Below are positions 21,023-33,408 of a DNA stretch of 34,586 bases, in pieces (position 1 is the first letter of the stretch; the number at the start of each line of letters is the position of its first letter). The DNA is from Octopus bimaculoides. Lineage: Eukaryota. Made by a program: the position numbers and the translations under genes. Below the pieces are notes generated by a model that saw only the letters and a program-made list of their open reading frames with translations, did not search any database and had not been told where the DNA came from. Where the stretch lies: the NCBI RefSeq assembly GCF_001194135.2, contig NC_068988.1:24367420-24402005 (forward strand). The letters are read 5' to 3'.

Positions 21023-22403
21023 ACATACGCATACATTTATATATACAGAAGATATCATTCGACTGAATATACTGTGTTCTATAAATTTTATTCATGTAAA
21101 ACACTAATAGCATACGTTTGTCCGGGATTTGCTTTTGTCTATGTGACATTGTGTGTGTGTCTATGTATATACAATTCTACTTAAGTATATATATATATAT
21201 CTATATATATACATACATACATACATGCATGTATATATATATATGTGTGTGTGTATGTGTGTGGGTGTGTGTGTGTGTGTGTGTGGTTGTGTGTGTGTGT
21301 GTAATACGTCAAATCTTTCCAGTTTGCGGATGTCTGAAAATGCCTTACTCATTATATCTTACGGTAACGATCAGATAATATGGCACCACATACAGACGTA
21401 TGGTCTGCAGATGAGGAAGTATTTATCAGTCTGGCGTATCATATATAACCATGACATCATTATTAGATTATGAAAATGAAGAAGAGGTAAGAAGAAGAGA
21501 AAATGCCGCGAATAATTTATTCAGATTGATGTAATTTTGGATTATTCCCACTTAATCGAAAAAGTTCTTTGCTAGTAGCCTGCACAACTCGCACGCGTAT
21601 ATATATATATATACACACACCCACATATACATATANNNNNNNNNNNNNNNNNNNNNNNNNNNNNNNNNNNNNNNNNNNNNNNNNNNNNNNNNNNNNNNNN
21701 NNNNNNNNNNNNNNNNNNNNNNNNNNNNNNNNNNNNNNNNNNNNNNNNNNNNNNNNNNGCGAATAATTTATTCAGATTGATGTAATTTTGGATTATTCCC
21801 ACTTAATCGAAAAAGTTCTTTGCTAGTAGCCTGCACAACTCGCACGCGTATATATATATATATACACATATAAGGAAAATAAGACAAGGTAGAAAATGCT
21901 GAAATAATTTTATCATAAAGAACATTTTAGTACCGATTTCGGTCACTGCGACTTTTTCAACTTAGAGTAAAGCATGAAAAACAATTAAATTCTGGAAAAA
22001 TTAAATGAAATGTTTTTTTGTTTTTTTTATATATATATATTTCCATAGTTTCTTCTCTGCCGCCTCTTTCTCTGATAAAACGAGAACTCATATCAAACTA
22101 GCTGCTGCTAACTACCTAGAGCAGACAAGAGTAAAAAAGAGAGACAGGAACAGGCTCGAAAAAAACAAAAAGGCGAGGGGGTTTATACCTCCATTTCTGC
22201 AAACGGTTACTTTAAATACTTTTTTCCGCTGTGTATTTGTTTCCGTTTTGCATCTGATTTTTATTGATGCTACATAATAATGAAACTGTATCTCTTAAAT
22301 TGCTGCTTTTGTATTCGCATTCCGAGAAGAAAACTTGCGGAACAGACGTTATTTGAACGAGAATCATCTTGTAATAATCACCTGAAGTGACACACCTATA
22401 ACA

Positions 22404-22492
22404 CTGCGATGGACTGGAGTCCCGTCCAGCTGGGGAAAAACACATACGCCATAGAAGCCGAGCCCATGAGCCTGGCTAGGCTTTAAAAGGCG
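22404..22492 (+). mobile_element. 3' fragment of a third SINE-like repeat
   Basis: CTGCGATGGACTGGAGTCCCGTCCAGCTGGGG...CCCATGAGCCTGGCTAGGCTTTAAAAGG resembles the GCGATGGACTGGC..CCCGTCCAG motif of animal SINE central domains (from memory; domain name not assigned). Confidence 0.5.
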
Positions 22493-23792
22493 AAAAAAAA
22501 TATACATAATTCATTAGATACACATAGTCTTATACACTCACACACACATACACACACTCACATACATACACTCACACACACACACACACAAAAACCTATG
22601 TATATGTAGTGTGAATATATGCATGTATTTGTACGTTTCCGGCATTTACTTTCGTATGTTTTACAGGACGCAAACAGAATAGATTAGCAGTGCTTAAATC
22701 ATTAAAGTGCTCTGGAAGATTATCGCACAGTACATATAAGTACATTTTCTATATATGGTTATATTAGATTTTTTTTCGGATAATTTATTCCACAAAATCT
22801 CCGTCATCGTCTCTTTTATTTTTTAATTATTTACAGAATATTCCCAACGAATAAATACCTCGATTAGATCAATTAAGATATGCTTCAAGTTTTAAACTGC
22901 CTCATTAATTACTCTTATCAATTTTAATGTTTTGACGTTAACATAGTTCTTAGCGCTGCAGTCCGGAGTAATTTTCACTACCTCGGTAAGAGAGGAGTTA
23001 TTCGAACGTGGCTGCGTTGTCCAAACACTAGATTCTGTCTAATTTCTATTCCACCTCTCCTGGCAGACTGCGATTAGGACAAGCTGTCTCTTTCTACTCA
23101 GGCTGAAGAAGACACAGATAACATAAATATTTAGGCAAAAGGCAATGTAAAATTACAACCTAAAGTTTAAAATTTTTTAGTGTCTGATAGAGTTTAAAAT
23201 TTAAGATAATTTTTTTCTGTGTAAAATATAATTCAGTTCATAATTTGCGTGTGCTGTGAGTGTATGTATGGATGTGGACACACACGCATACACACACGCG
23301 CACACAAATATATACATAAATAAATAANNNNNNNNNNNNNNNNNNNNNNNNNNNNNNNNNNNNNNNNNNNNNNNNNNNNNNNNNNNNNNNNNNNNNNNNN
23401 NNNNNNNNNNNNNNNNNNNNNNNNNNNNNNNNNNNNNNNNNNNNNNNNNNNNNNNNNNNNNNNNNNNNNNNNNNNNNNNNNNNNNNNNNNNNNNNNNNNN
23501 NNNNNNNNNNNNNNNNNNNNNNNNNNNNNNNNNNNNNNNNNNNNNNNNNNNNNNNNNNNNNNNNNNNNNNNNNNNNNNNNNNNNNNNNNNNNNNNNNNNN
23601 NNNNNNNNNNNNNNNNNNNNNNNNNNNNNNNNNNNNNNNNNNNNNNNNNNNNNNNNNNNNNNNNNNNNNNNNNNNNNNNNNNNNNNNNNNNNNNNNNNNN
23701 NNNNNNNNNNNNNNNNNNNNNNNNNNNNNNNNNNNNNNNNNNNNNNNNNNNNNNNNNNNNNNNNNNNNNNNNNNNNNNNNNNNNNNNNNNNN

Positions 23793-23828
<36 letters not shown>

Positions 23829-25350
23829 TACATTTATAAATATGTATGTATATATAGATAGATAGATAGACATACTGTATCTATTGGATATCTGTTGAAT
23901 TATTAATATTCATAATACGTAATGCATTTTGCGCGTATATCTTTGCATGTATATTACATTTAAATGCCTACATGCAAGCATTCACACGCACACATACGCA
24001 CATACTTACACAGAAAGACTACATGTATGTATATATGCGGATATATGTGTATATTCATATTAAATTAAAATTCATATGCACATGACAATCCTATGAATAT
24101 GTGTTTATGTATAGCTCAGTGCTTAGTACATGAATATATGCATTTATTTCTTAATAACCATTCGTATTTGTCCGTCTGTATTCGTGTACATATGGTTACA
24201 CAAATTCGATCTTTCATCTAGATAACTAATACAACTGTATTTCTCATTTAACATTTCAATTTACCGTGGTTTGTAAATCAGTTTCTCATCTTTCTATATG
24301 AATTCTAATCATTAATTCTGTTGAATTTCATTCATTTTTATTTTCTCCATTATATTTATTTCTACAACGACGATTCTCCGCATGACTAATACTGTAGTTG
24401 CTGTAATGTTATTAAAAATGACTTGTCACACGCTGGATTCATGCGACCAGACTTCAATTAATTTCCCAGAAATTCATACAAGTATAAATATTCGTAAATC
24501 TCGAGCGTTCGTTTGATTGATATATGTACGTATGTGTGTGTGTATGTATATATATGATACATATATGTATCTGCATACATATATCTATACATATGTAAAT
24601 ATATATATATATTCATAATCAAAATACAACAAGGATATCCAGAGGTAATGCAGTCCGATCGTATCATGCAACTCCATTTAATTGAACAATGCAATCATTA
24701 CATCACTTTAAAATGCAGAACAATCCTCAGCTGCAGAAAGACATAGAATTTAATTAAATCAAAATAGTATGAGTATAATCATACCTACAATACACATTAG
24801 TATAACTATACCTAAAATCACTTTAGTATAATTATACTTAAAATCTCCAAGGAGTTAAGGAGATAAACAAAAAACATGCTGCTTTCGCTCCAGCATAGAA
24901 GCTACTAAGGTATCAAGCAGATATATATTGTTACAGACTCTGCCTGTCACGGATTTTTTGTGTTTTGTGAGTCGTTTTTTAATTTATAGAGTATTTTATC
25001 AAATCCTTGTATATCTAAGGCTGAGAGAAGTATGGGGCAGTATCTGTTAGGGGTAGGGCTGAGGGAGCAGACAAAAATCATAGTTGGTTTAGTCATAAAA
25101 ATCAAGATTCATCAGAAGCGATATCATGAGGTTTGGTAAAGGAAAGCTTAAAACAAGATGTTAGCTGATAATTAAGGGGGTCGCTCACTAGCAGACCACT
25201 GATAATGAAATATGGGAAGTCATATCATGTAGTACTATAGTTAAAATATTTTAAACAATGTTTCTATATTGTATACAGTTGAAGTTTAGGGTTGTTCAGA
25301 GGATTATTAAGAAGAATATTTTAACAAAGGATAGAAATTTTTGAAATTTG

Positions 25351-25351
<1 letters not shown>

Positions 25352-25424
<73 letters not shown>
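25352..25424. repeat. (GGT)(AGT)n microsatellite directly 5' of a SINE
   Basis: Direct reading. Confidence 0.95.
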
Positions 25425-25425
<1 letters not shown>

Positions 25426-25426
25426 A

Positions 25427-25580
25427 TGCAGTGAGCTGGCAGAATCGTTAGCACACCGGGCGAAATGCTTAGCGGTATTTCTTCATCTGTCTTTACGTTC
25501 TGGGTTCAAATTCCGCCGAGCTCGACTTTAGTTTTTATCCTTTCGGGGTCGACTGCTGAACACTGTTGTCGATGTAAATT
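25427..25580 (+). mobile_element. SINE family B, 5' half
   Basis: GTGAGCTGGCAGAATCGTTAGCACACCGGGCGAAATGCTTAGCGGTATTTC...GGGTTCAAATTCCGCCGAGCTCGACTTT...TTTCGGGGTCGAC. Confidence 0.9.
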
Positions 25581-25639
25581 TTCGTAAAATGTTTAGCCAT
25601 CTATGCATGTATGTATGTATGTATGTATGTATATAGTTA

Positions 25640-25765
25640 AAATTTATAGAAAAACAAAAGTTGAGGACAGGTGTATGAACAACAAGCAAGCGTATTAGCT
25701 TGACTCTCGGGAAAATGATATCTTTTACGTTTCGAGCCTACGCTCTTGAACAGAAAGGAATAAGA
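25640..25765 (-). mobile_element. Short Penelope-like remnant with degenerate hammerhead-like motif
   Basis: Minus strand CTTT-CTGTTCA-A-GAGC-gtag-GCTC-GAA-ACGT-A-AAAG (25757-25722). Stem I CUUU/AAAG and stem II are intact but the core is altered (CUGUUCA). The tail is homologous to the 985-1175 and 10090-10300 loci. Confidence 0.55.
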
Positions 25766-25819
25766 GAAAATAAACAGAGAGAGAATGAGAAAATTTTGTA
25801 GATTTCAGAGGTCTAGCAT

Positions 25820-26033
<214 letters not shown>

Positions 26034-26369
26034 TTAAAGTTTAACGCCTACGGCAATGGCTTCCGAGCCTACGAGTTAAAGCCACCCCCAACAACTTATT
26101 AGCGGAAATGTCAAGCCGCAGCTGTATATTAATGAGAAGACAGAAAAGAATTTGCACCCACATAGTTTTGTGCGTAAACCATCTCAATTTAATTATCCGC
26201 AGTAATTCATCTGCCACATTTTCATACCTTAGAGACTTTTCTATGAGAAACACTATACTAAATAACCTCAAAGTAAATGAACACGGTCATTTTCCATTTA
26301 TTGAATAGCATTGCTCAATATGGTATATATATCTAGCTTTGTTGAAAACCGTTGCTAAACTACGGTGTA

Positions 26370-26583
26370 CAAGGAGTTGCTGAAAAGTTCCTAGCTTTGA
26401 GTGAAAGTGAATACAGGAGGATCTGTTAATTATAATTTTATTCAGCATATTCCCCTTTCAGATTCCCACAGTTATTGCTGCGGTTCTTCGGGTTTTCCAA
26501 GCTCTATAATAGAACTTGGAAGGTTGGGCCTCCAGCCAGGCTTTTTGCGATACCCTTCACGTCAGGAAGTTTTCACCCCCTGT
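26370..26583 (-). mobile_element. Mariner-derived MITE retaining the transposase C-terminus
   Basis: TA-CAAGGAGTTGCTGAAAAGTTCCTAGCTTT at the left end and a degenerate inverted ...TCAGGAAGTTTTCACCCCC at the right. The minus strand encodes AWLEAQPSKFYYR/LENPKNRSNNCGNLKGEYAE*, matching the mariner C-terminal pattern W...Q...FY..G...L..R..KC....G.YVE*. Confidence 0.75.
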
Positions 26584-27029
26584 CTGTGATATTAGATTTC
26601 ACGGTTACCCGAAGGTGATACTCAATGTTGAAGCTTAATGATTTTCAGTACTGAGCTTGAATTAAGAGTTAAAATAAAAGCACAAAGGATATCGAGTATT
26701 AGCCCACGAGATAAATAGGATTATATAATAGTTAGGGTGTAGTTAATCCCTTCCTATGACTCGTCCGTTGTGGCGGAAACCATGAGCTAGCTTATATTTC
26801 AGAGCTAACTGTATTTCATTGATAAAACTCTTTGGGTATATTACGAGAAATATGAAAACACAGCTGAATTTAATTATGAATTTAAATGCCAGCCTTTATT
26901 TAATTTTCTCTTTTATCCAAAGATTCCACAATCTAGTGAAGCTTAGTCTTTTCCCAAGCTTCTAATGATCGAGATATATCGTCTGCTTTGATAAGTTTAC
27001 AATGCTGGTAGTCATTATATTCGACACAA

Positions 27030-27198
27030 AGGTAAGCGGCGTTCGTCCATCTTTACATTGTGGGTTCAAATTGATCTGATGTTGACTTTGCCTTTGCGGG
27101 CTGAGAAGATCAATACCAGTTGAGAACGCAGGTCGTTGTAATCGACTAGCGCCTCGCCCAAAATTTCAAGCTTTGTGCCTAGAGCTAAAAAAAAGGTT
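27030..27198 (+). mobile_element. SINE family B, decayed
   Basis: TAAGCGGCGTTCGTCCATCTTTAC...GGGTTCAAATT...GTTGACTTTGCCTTT...TGTAATCGACTAGC...CAAAATTTCAAGCTTTGTGCCTAGAG. Confidence 0.75.
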
Positions 27199-29760
27199 AT
27201 TCTCGATGTAAGTAAACCAAGAAATGGTACTCAACATGAAACTCCACGCGATACATATTATACTGCGGCAGTGTAGACCGAGGTAAAAAGAAAAAAAATT
27301 GTTAGACCTCGATTCAGTACAAACATTTATGGTTCTCCATTTTGCCTGTATATATGATTATACTCATCTCAGGTGTGCTTGCTATCGGTGATATGTACCA
27401 GAATGTTTAGGAATGTTTCTTCCACTTAACTCTCTAAACGTTACTAATGATCTTTCAGTATTCCCATTCGATCTAAAAGATTGTTTCAAAATAATAACGC
27501 CATTCTACTGCTGATAAAAATGACTGGAGCAAAATTAGCAGAATAAACTTGTGGGTGTTGCTTTCCTGCCAGATCTGACTTCAGAACGGTCGGAAACGAT
27601 TTTTCTTTTCTTCCCAGCAGAAATCTATAAAAGTAGACAATAATACCACTTGAGTCTATAAAAGAGGTATACTGACGTAGATTAAGTCGACAACACGCCT
27701 CCCCTATGAATATGTTGCTTATTTTAAGAAATACATATTATCTATTTTTAATCTATTACAGATTGACGAAGAAAAAAAACACAACAAATATTTTTATTTT
27801 GTTATTGCTGCTGAATTACTTTGAAGTGTTTAAACGAAGAAGTAAACAAGTGATGTTTAAATTTTCTTTTAAATTCTGTTTAAACAAATTACGTTTAACT
27901 AAATTTACATCATTTACAGATAAATGTTGATTTACAGTAATTACGACGAAAATCAATCATACTTTCTTCACACGTTAAATTTTAAAACAGAAAGTATACA
28001 TTTATCTATTTGTTTATTTCTTTCAGTCTTTTTTTTTTTCTTGACGTATTTGCTGAATAGAAGAGAACTGTTATTTGTCAATCTCCCACTGGTACCTACC
28101 AATATGTCAGAAAATTTACTGTATTCTCAGAAAAAAAAATTGATGATAATAATAATGATAATAGAATCAAAATAAAATAAAGTAAAAAAAAAACGAATGT
28201 CTCTCAATTTTAACAGCTCACTTATCTACCCCAACTAAACTCTTATCTTGCCGGTGATGTTTTGGGTATATTGATTGATTTTTTGCTAGCTTTTGTTTAA
28301 CTTCATTTTCTTCTCTTTATTGGTTCTGTCTTAACTCTTTTATATTTCATAGTAAGTAGAGGCATTCTTGTTGCATATAATTGTACGTGTGTGAATATGT
28401 TTACGCATACATATATATGATGTGTATATATATNNNNNNNNNNNNNNNNNNNNNNNNNNNNNNNNNNNNNNNNNNNNNNNNNNNNNNNNNNNNNNNNNNN
28501 NNNNNNNNNNNNNNNNNNNNNNNNNNNNNNNNNNNNNNNNNNNNNNNTATATATATATTTATATATATATATATATGCGTTAGTATGTGCGTGAGTCCTC
28601 CAATTTTTAATAATTGCTTATGAGTATGTGTACATATGTATTTAAGTTGATTTGCATTTAAATGCGAATATGATGTATATTTCTGTATAAATGTAAATTT
28701 TTAAGAGTATTTGCGTAGATATGCGTAAACGTGCGCCTGCGTGTGTACACGTATGTGTACGCATGTGTGTACGTGTGTGTGTGTGCGGGCGGGCGGGCGT
28801 GGCTGTGTGTATGGACGTAGAGTCAGAAATTAGTAGAAATGTGAAGTGTTTTAACTTTCGGCAACGCCTTCATGCCACATCAAGTCAGCAAATACACTGC
28901 TACAGAGTTATCTCAACTTCTCCCTGATAGATGTCCAACACTTTTTCAAATCACCTAACACCTAACATTAAAATTGAGTGCAAAATTCCATTAAGAAGAC
29001 GTCAATATTGACACAAATTGACGTTAATTTAGTGAAGAAGCACTCTCACAGCTTATATAATGGATTTCCACCATCATTTATTTGATCACTTACTCACTAG
29101 CAGCTTCAGCTAGAGAGGAAATGTAGTCTGCATGTATAGAAACAGAAGAAAACTGATAAAGGTCTTTGGTTTTATATTGCTTGCTGGATAAATCGTTTGG
29201 TGCTTACAATAGAGACTGCGAGTGGTTTAGTTCTGCAATAAACAAGCAAATATTGTCTCATATTCCGTGTAGTTAACATATTCACTTCTAAATCTTCAGA
29301 GTTCTTTTTATGGCGGACTAGCAAGGCAATCCTGTGAAAAATTCCCTGTAGCTTTATATTGCTTACTGTATAAATCGTTTGGGGCTTATAACGGAGGCCG
29401 TGTTATTTAATTCTGATCTTAAAATTATCACTTTTAAACAATTAAATATATTCTCCCATCCTGTTAAACTCAAATTTCCACTGCTTAATCTTAACAGTTC
29501 CTTTTTATTGTGATGTTTCGATTAGTTTAATTTTCTCACATAGTCACGTTCTCATAAATTCCAGTGAAGTTTTGAGCTTACAATTCCGTTCTTCTGAACA
29601 TCTTCCTTCTTTAATGTATTTTACGTTCTTTTATTTTTATTTTCTTTTAAGAACTTTGTCCAAGAGTGTTTGTTATATTATTGGTGTTTTGCATTTCTGG
29701 CAAAACCGAATGATCTGAATGGGTTTTTTATTTATTATTGATGAACTTGCAATATATACT

Positions 29761-30110
29761 GATTTGTGGTTAGACATTTGCTTCTGAACGACATGGTCCC
29801 GGGTTCAGTCGCATTGTGGCACCTTGACCAAGTGTCTTCCATTATAGCCTCAAGATGACCAAACAACTGTTAAGTAGTGGATTTAGTAGACGGATATATA
29901 TATATATTCGTGTGTGTGTGTGTGTGTCCCTGACAACTGGCTGAAATGCCGGTGTTGGTGTGTTTCCCCGTGATCTAAGGATTCATCAAACGTGATAGAT
30001 GGAATATGCATCTTAATTAAAAGTAATGAGGTCGTTTCGTTCATCTAAAGTTCTTGAAGGCGGTGCTCCAGCATGGGTGCATTCTAACAACTCAAACAAG
30101 TAAAAGAAAT
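29761..30110 (+). mobile_element. SINE family A, old decayed copy
   Basis: GTGGTTAGACATTTGCTTC...CGGGTTCAGTC...CAAGTGTCTTCCATTATAGCCTC...GGATTTAGTAGACGG...GAAGGCGGTGCTCCAGCATGG...AAACAAGTAAAAG. Confidence 0.8.
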
Positions 30111-31084
30111 ATATATATATATATATATATAGGCATATAACGCTTTACTGTTAAACATATAATTTATCGATGGTTGTAAACTAAAATGAAGGTCATATAT
30201 ATAAACGGCGCGACTAGCGGCCTGCCTAATGAACTACAAGGTTCTTAAGTTTTCCTTCCATTGTAACTGAAAAAGGAAATATTATCGATATCAATGCTAT
30301 CATTATATGATGTATGCAAGTCACTAAGATTCCCTGCCGAAGTTTTCTGGGTAAACTTCATATGACAACATATGATAACAATTCTTATCTTAGATTTTGT
30401 AACTGTATTTTCATGCTGTTTCTAATCCCACGACCCAAACTATATTCAAACATAGTTTCCATTTTAAATAATATTACAATATAATAAATGCGTTGTCATC
30501 AATGAATTCTTATGTGACTCCGTTATCAATTTCAAATTTGAAAATTATGACAGCTTTCTTCACCAAGTAACAATCAGTAGTAATGGATGTGAAATAGAAA
30601 TGGATACTGGTACTGGAAATATTCCTTATTACAGCTGACATGGGATCAAAACAAGAACAAGACGAGAGTATGCAGTGTCGTTTATATTAACATTCAAACC
30701 ATTATATACCTCATTACAATTGTTCAGGTTCCGCTTTAGGTAAATCATGGTAAAGCGCTATAAGTGCTCTATACTTTGTGAACGAAACTCGTGTCAATTT
30801 TACATCCTTATAAAATTGCATTTAAGTAAGTGCTTACGTTGTTCTGAAGTAATAAAAGGATATATAAAGGATGTCCATAATATTTCTCTGTTCAGGTATT
30901 TATGTAGCTACGACAATTTCTGCATCAGTAATGCTTAACACTACCTGATATTTTTGTTAAAATGATTACTGTCAACACATGGTCTGCTTTTCTAAAGAAT
31001 TTTGAAGCATTCTAAACACGACAAAAATAATTATATTTTAAATGAAGACTTAATTACTTACATCCAGATGAAAGTATTACCACA

Positions 31085-31380
31085 TTTTTCAGTTTATTAT
31101 ATGTCGTGTAGAGGCCTTCCGGGTGTTATACCGATCTTTTCGATTCCTCTGCGAGTGCGACTTGTCGGCCCAGCGAGGCTTTTGCTTTCGGGATTCTGGG
31201 TATAAGTTATTCACTCCGATCCGTTCTCGAACTACCTTAGTTTACGTATGAAGTTGCAATGATATTCCTATCATGTATCTTTCCTTTGCGTCGTAGCAAA
31301 TCGACGTCCCCTCCTGCTTCTCCGTAGCCCACGTCTCACTTGTATATTAGAGCGCAGATATGAGGGTGTCATTAGCACCT
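31085..31380 (-). pseudogene. RTE-clade LINE ORF2 C-terminal (post-RT) fragment, decayed
   Basis: One minus frame gives LISAL*YTSETWATEKQEGTSICYDAKERYMIGISLQLHT*TKVVRERIGVNNLYPESRKQKPRWA. This fits the RTE pattern LxYxSETW...MERxMxGISL..H....RxRxGV......KxRWAGH, and a GRP motif follows in an adjacent frame. Confidence 0.75.
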
Positions 31381-32418
31381 GAAATCCACATAATCACTCA
31401 AACACAGCTGATGGAACGAAAGATAACTCCTAAAAAGCTTCCGGTAGCGTTGAAATAAAAACAGTGTTGTAATGTCTAAAATTGCAAACGAATCGAGGTT
31501 CAAAACACCAAACTGCCCACAGAGGCGACTCTGAATTCATCATCAAAATGTATACATATATATATATNNNNNNNNNNNNNNNNNNNNNNNNNNNNNNNNN
31601 NNNNNNNNNNNNNNNNNNNNNNNNNNNNNNNNNNNNNNNNNNNNNNNNNNNNNNNNNNNNNNNNNNNNNNNNNNNNNNNNNNNNNNNNNNNNNNNNNNNN
31701 NNNNNNNNNNNNNNNNNNNNNNNNNNNNNNNNNNNNNNNNNNNNNNNNNNNNNNNNNNNNNNNNNNNNNNNNNNNNNNNNNNNNNNNNNNNNNNNNNNNN
31801 NNNNNNNNNNNNNNNNNNNNNNNNNNNNNNNNNNNNNNNNNNNNNNNNNNNNNNNNNNNNNNNNNNNNNNNNNNNNNNNNNNNNNNNNNNNNNNNNNNNN
31901 NNNNNNNNNNNNNNNNNNNNNNNNNNNNNNNNNNNNNNNNNNNNNNNNNNNNNNNNNNNNNNNNNNNNNNNNNNNNNNNNNNNNNNNNNNNNNNNNNNNN
32001 NNNNNNNNNNNNNNNNNNNNNNNNNNNNNNTATATATACACGCATAAATGTATATATTAATCTATAAATTTATAAATATGTGTTTGTGTGTGTGTGGATA
32101 CGCGTGTTTATGTGAGTAATGTCTCATCATATATAAATTAAATTGATAGTTATGTCGTCTGTTTGTTTTTAATGACTTCTGTATTCATCCGTTATACAAA
32201 CAAATTTAAAATCACTATTACTTTTACTAATTTTAATTGAAATATCTTGCTATATTTCCATATGTCACATCTATACATTGTGATGTTAATTGATGCGATT
32301 CTCATTACACGGCTTAGAATGTGAGCTTGTGAATATCAAACCGTTGAAAAAGACAAGAGAAAGAAAGACAGTTAATGATTGTGATCTCGTAAATGCTGAG
32401 TTTAACATTCGTCTAGAG

Positions 32419-32712
32419 CAGTGCTTCTCAAACTATCTGATGTGGCGTACCGGCAGTTTTTTTTTTTTTTTGCCAATGTGCTAGGGACCTGTAATATTTC
32501 TTAGTAATATTAATTAATACTGGAAACAATATGAATATAATAAAAGTTGACATTTTTTATCCTCTATTTATCTTATATTTGTAAACAAATAATACAATAT
32601 TACATATGCATTTTATAATGTTTTTTTTCTTTTCTAGAAACTCGCCGTGTCCAAGCAGCTGATGGGTGGCGAACCGGCTCCGGTCCGCGGACCACCACTC
32701 TCAGTAGCACTG
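32419..32712. mobile_element. hAT (Charlie-type) MITE, 294 bp
   Basis: TIRs CAGTGCTTCTCAAACT and ...ACTCTCAGTAGCACTG (12/16 identical). 8-bp flanks GTCTAGAG (32411-32418) and ATCCAGAG (32713-32720) are 6/8 identical and fit the NTCTAGAN target preference. The subterminal CCGCGGACCAC is typical of the group. Confidence 0.85.
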
Positions 32713-32855
32713 ATCCAGAGTATTATAGAACATAACCAAAAATTGTGATTGAAACATTCAAGAATTTTGTACTCAATATACTTATATTTCGAAGCTCTAC
32801 CTCCGTTTGTTATCAGAAATGTAGAAAAACGTGACGAAGTTCTTTGGTGATGCAT

Positions 32856-33002
32856 ATGGCTATGTGGTTAAGAAGTGTACGTTGCAATCACGTAATATTA
32901 AGTTCAATCCCGCTGTGCGGAACCTTGAGAGAGTATCTACTATAGCATGGTGCAGACCAATTCTTTCTGTGAACTTGGTGGACCGAAACTTTGTGAACGA
33001 TG

Positions 33003-33005
<3 letters not shown>
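32856..33005 (+). mobile_element. SINE family A-like decayed 5' half running into (GT)n and a gap
   Basis: GGCTATGTGGTTAAGAAG...AGTTCAATCCCGCTGTGCGGAACCTTG...TCTACTATAGC...GACCAA...GAAAC. Confidence 0.65.
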
Positions 33006-33043
<38 letters not shown>

Positions 33044-33377
33044 NNNNNNNNNNNNNNNNNNNNNNNNNNNNNNNNNNNNNNNNNNNNNNNNNNNNNNNNN
33101 NNNNNNNNNNNNNNNNNNNNNNNNNNNNNNNNNNNNNNNNNNNNNNNNNNNNNNNNNNNNNNNNNNNNNNNNNNNNNNNNNNNNNNNNNNNNNNNNNNNN
33201 NNNNNNNNNNNNNNNNNNNNNNNNNNNNNNNNNNNNNNNNNNNNNNNNNNNNNNNNNNNNNNNNNNNNNNNNNNNNNNNNNNNNNNNNNNNNNNNNNNNN
33301 NNNNNNNNNNNNNNNNNNNNNNNNNNNNNNNNNNNNNNNNNNNNNNNNNNNNNNNNNNNNNNNNNNNNNNNNNNNNT

Positions 33378-33408
<31 letters not shown>

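Noticed and set aside
21508-21868. ~110-bp identical direct repeat flanking the 21636-21758 gap
   Set aside because: Same gap-flank overlap or haplotype artefact pattern; it cannot be called a real duplication without long reads.
31062-31379. Apparent minus-strand exon with a TTTCAG acceptor and a GTAAGT donor
   Set aside because: The frames I translated contain stops, and the peptide is better explained as a decayed RTE LINE fragment.
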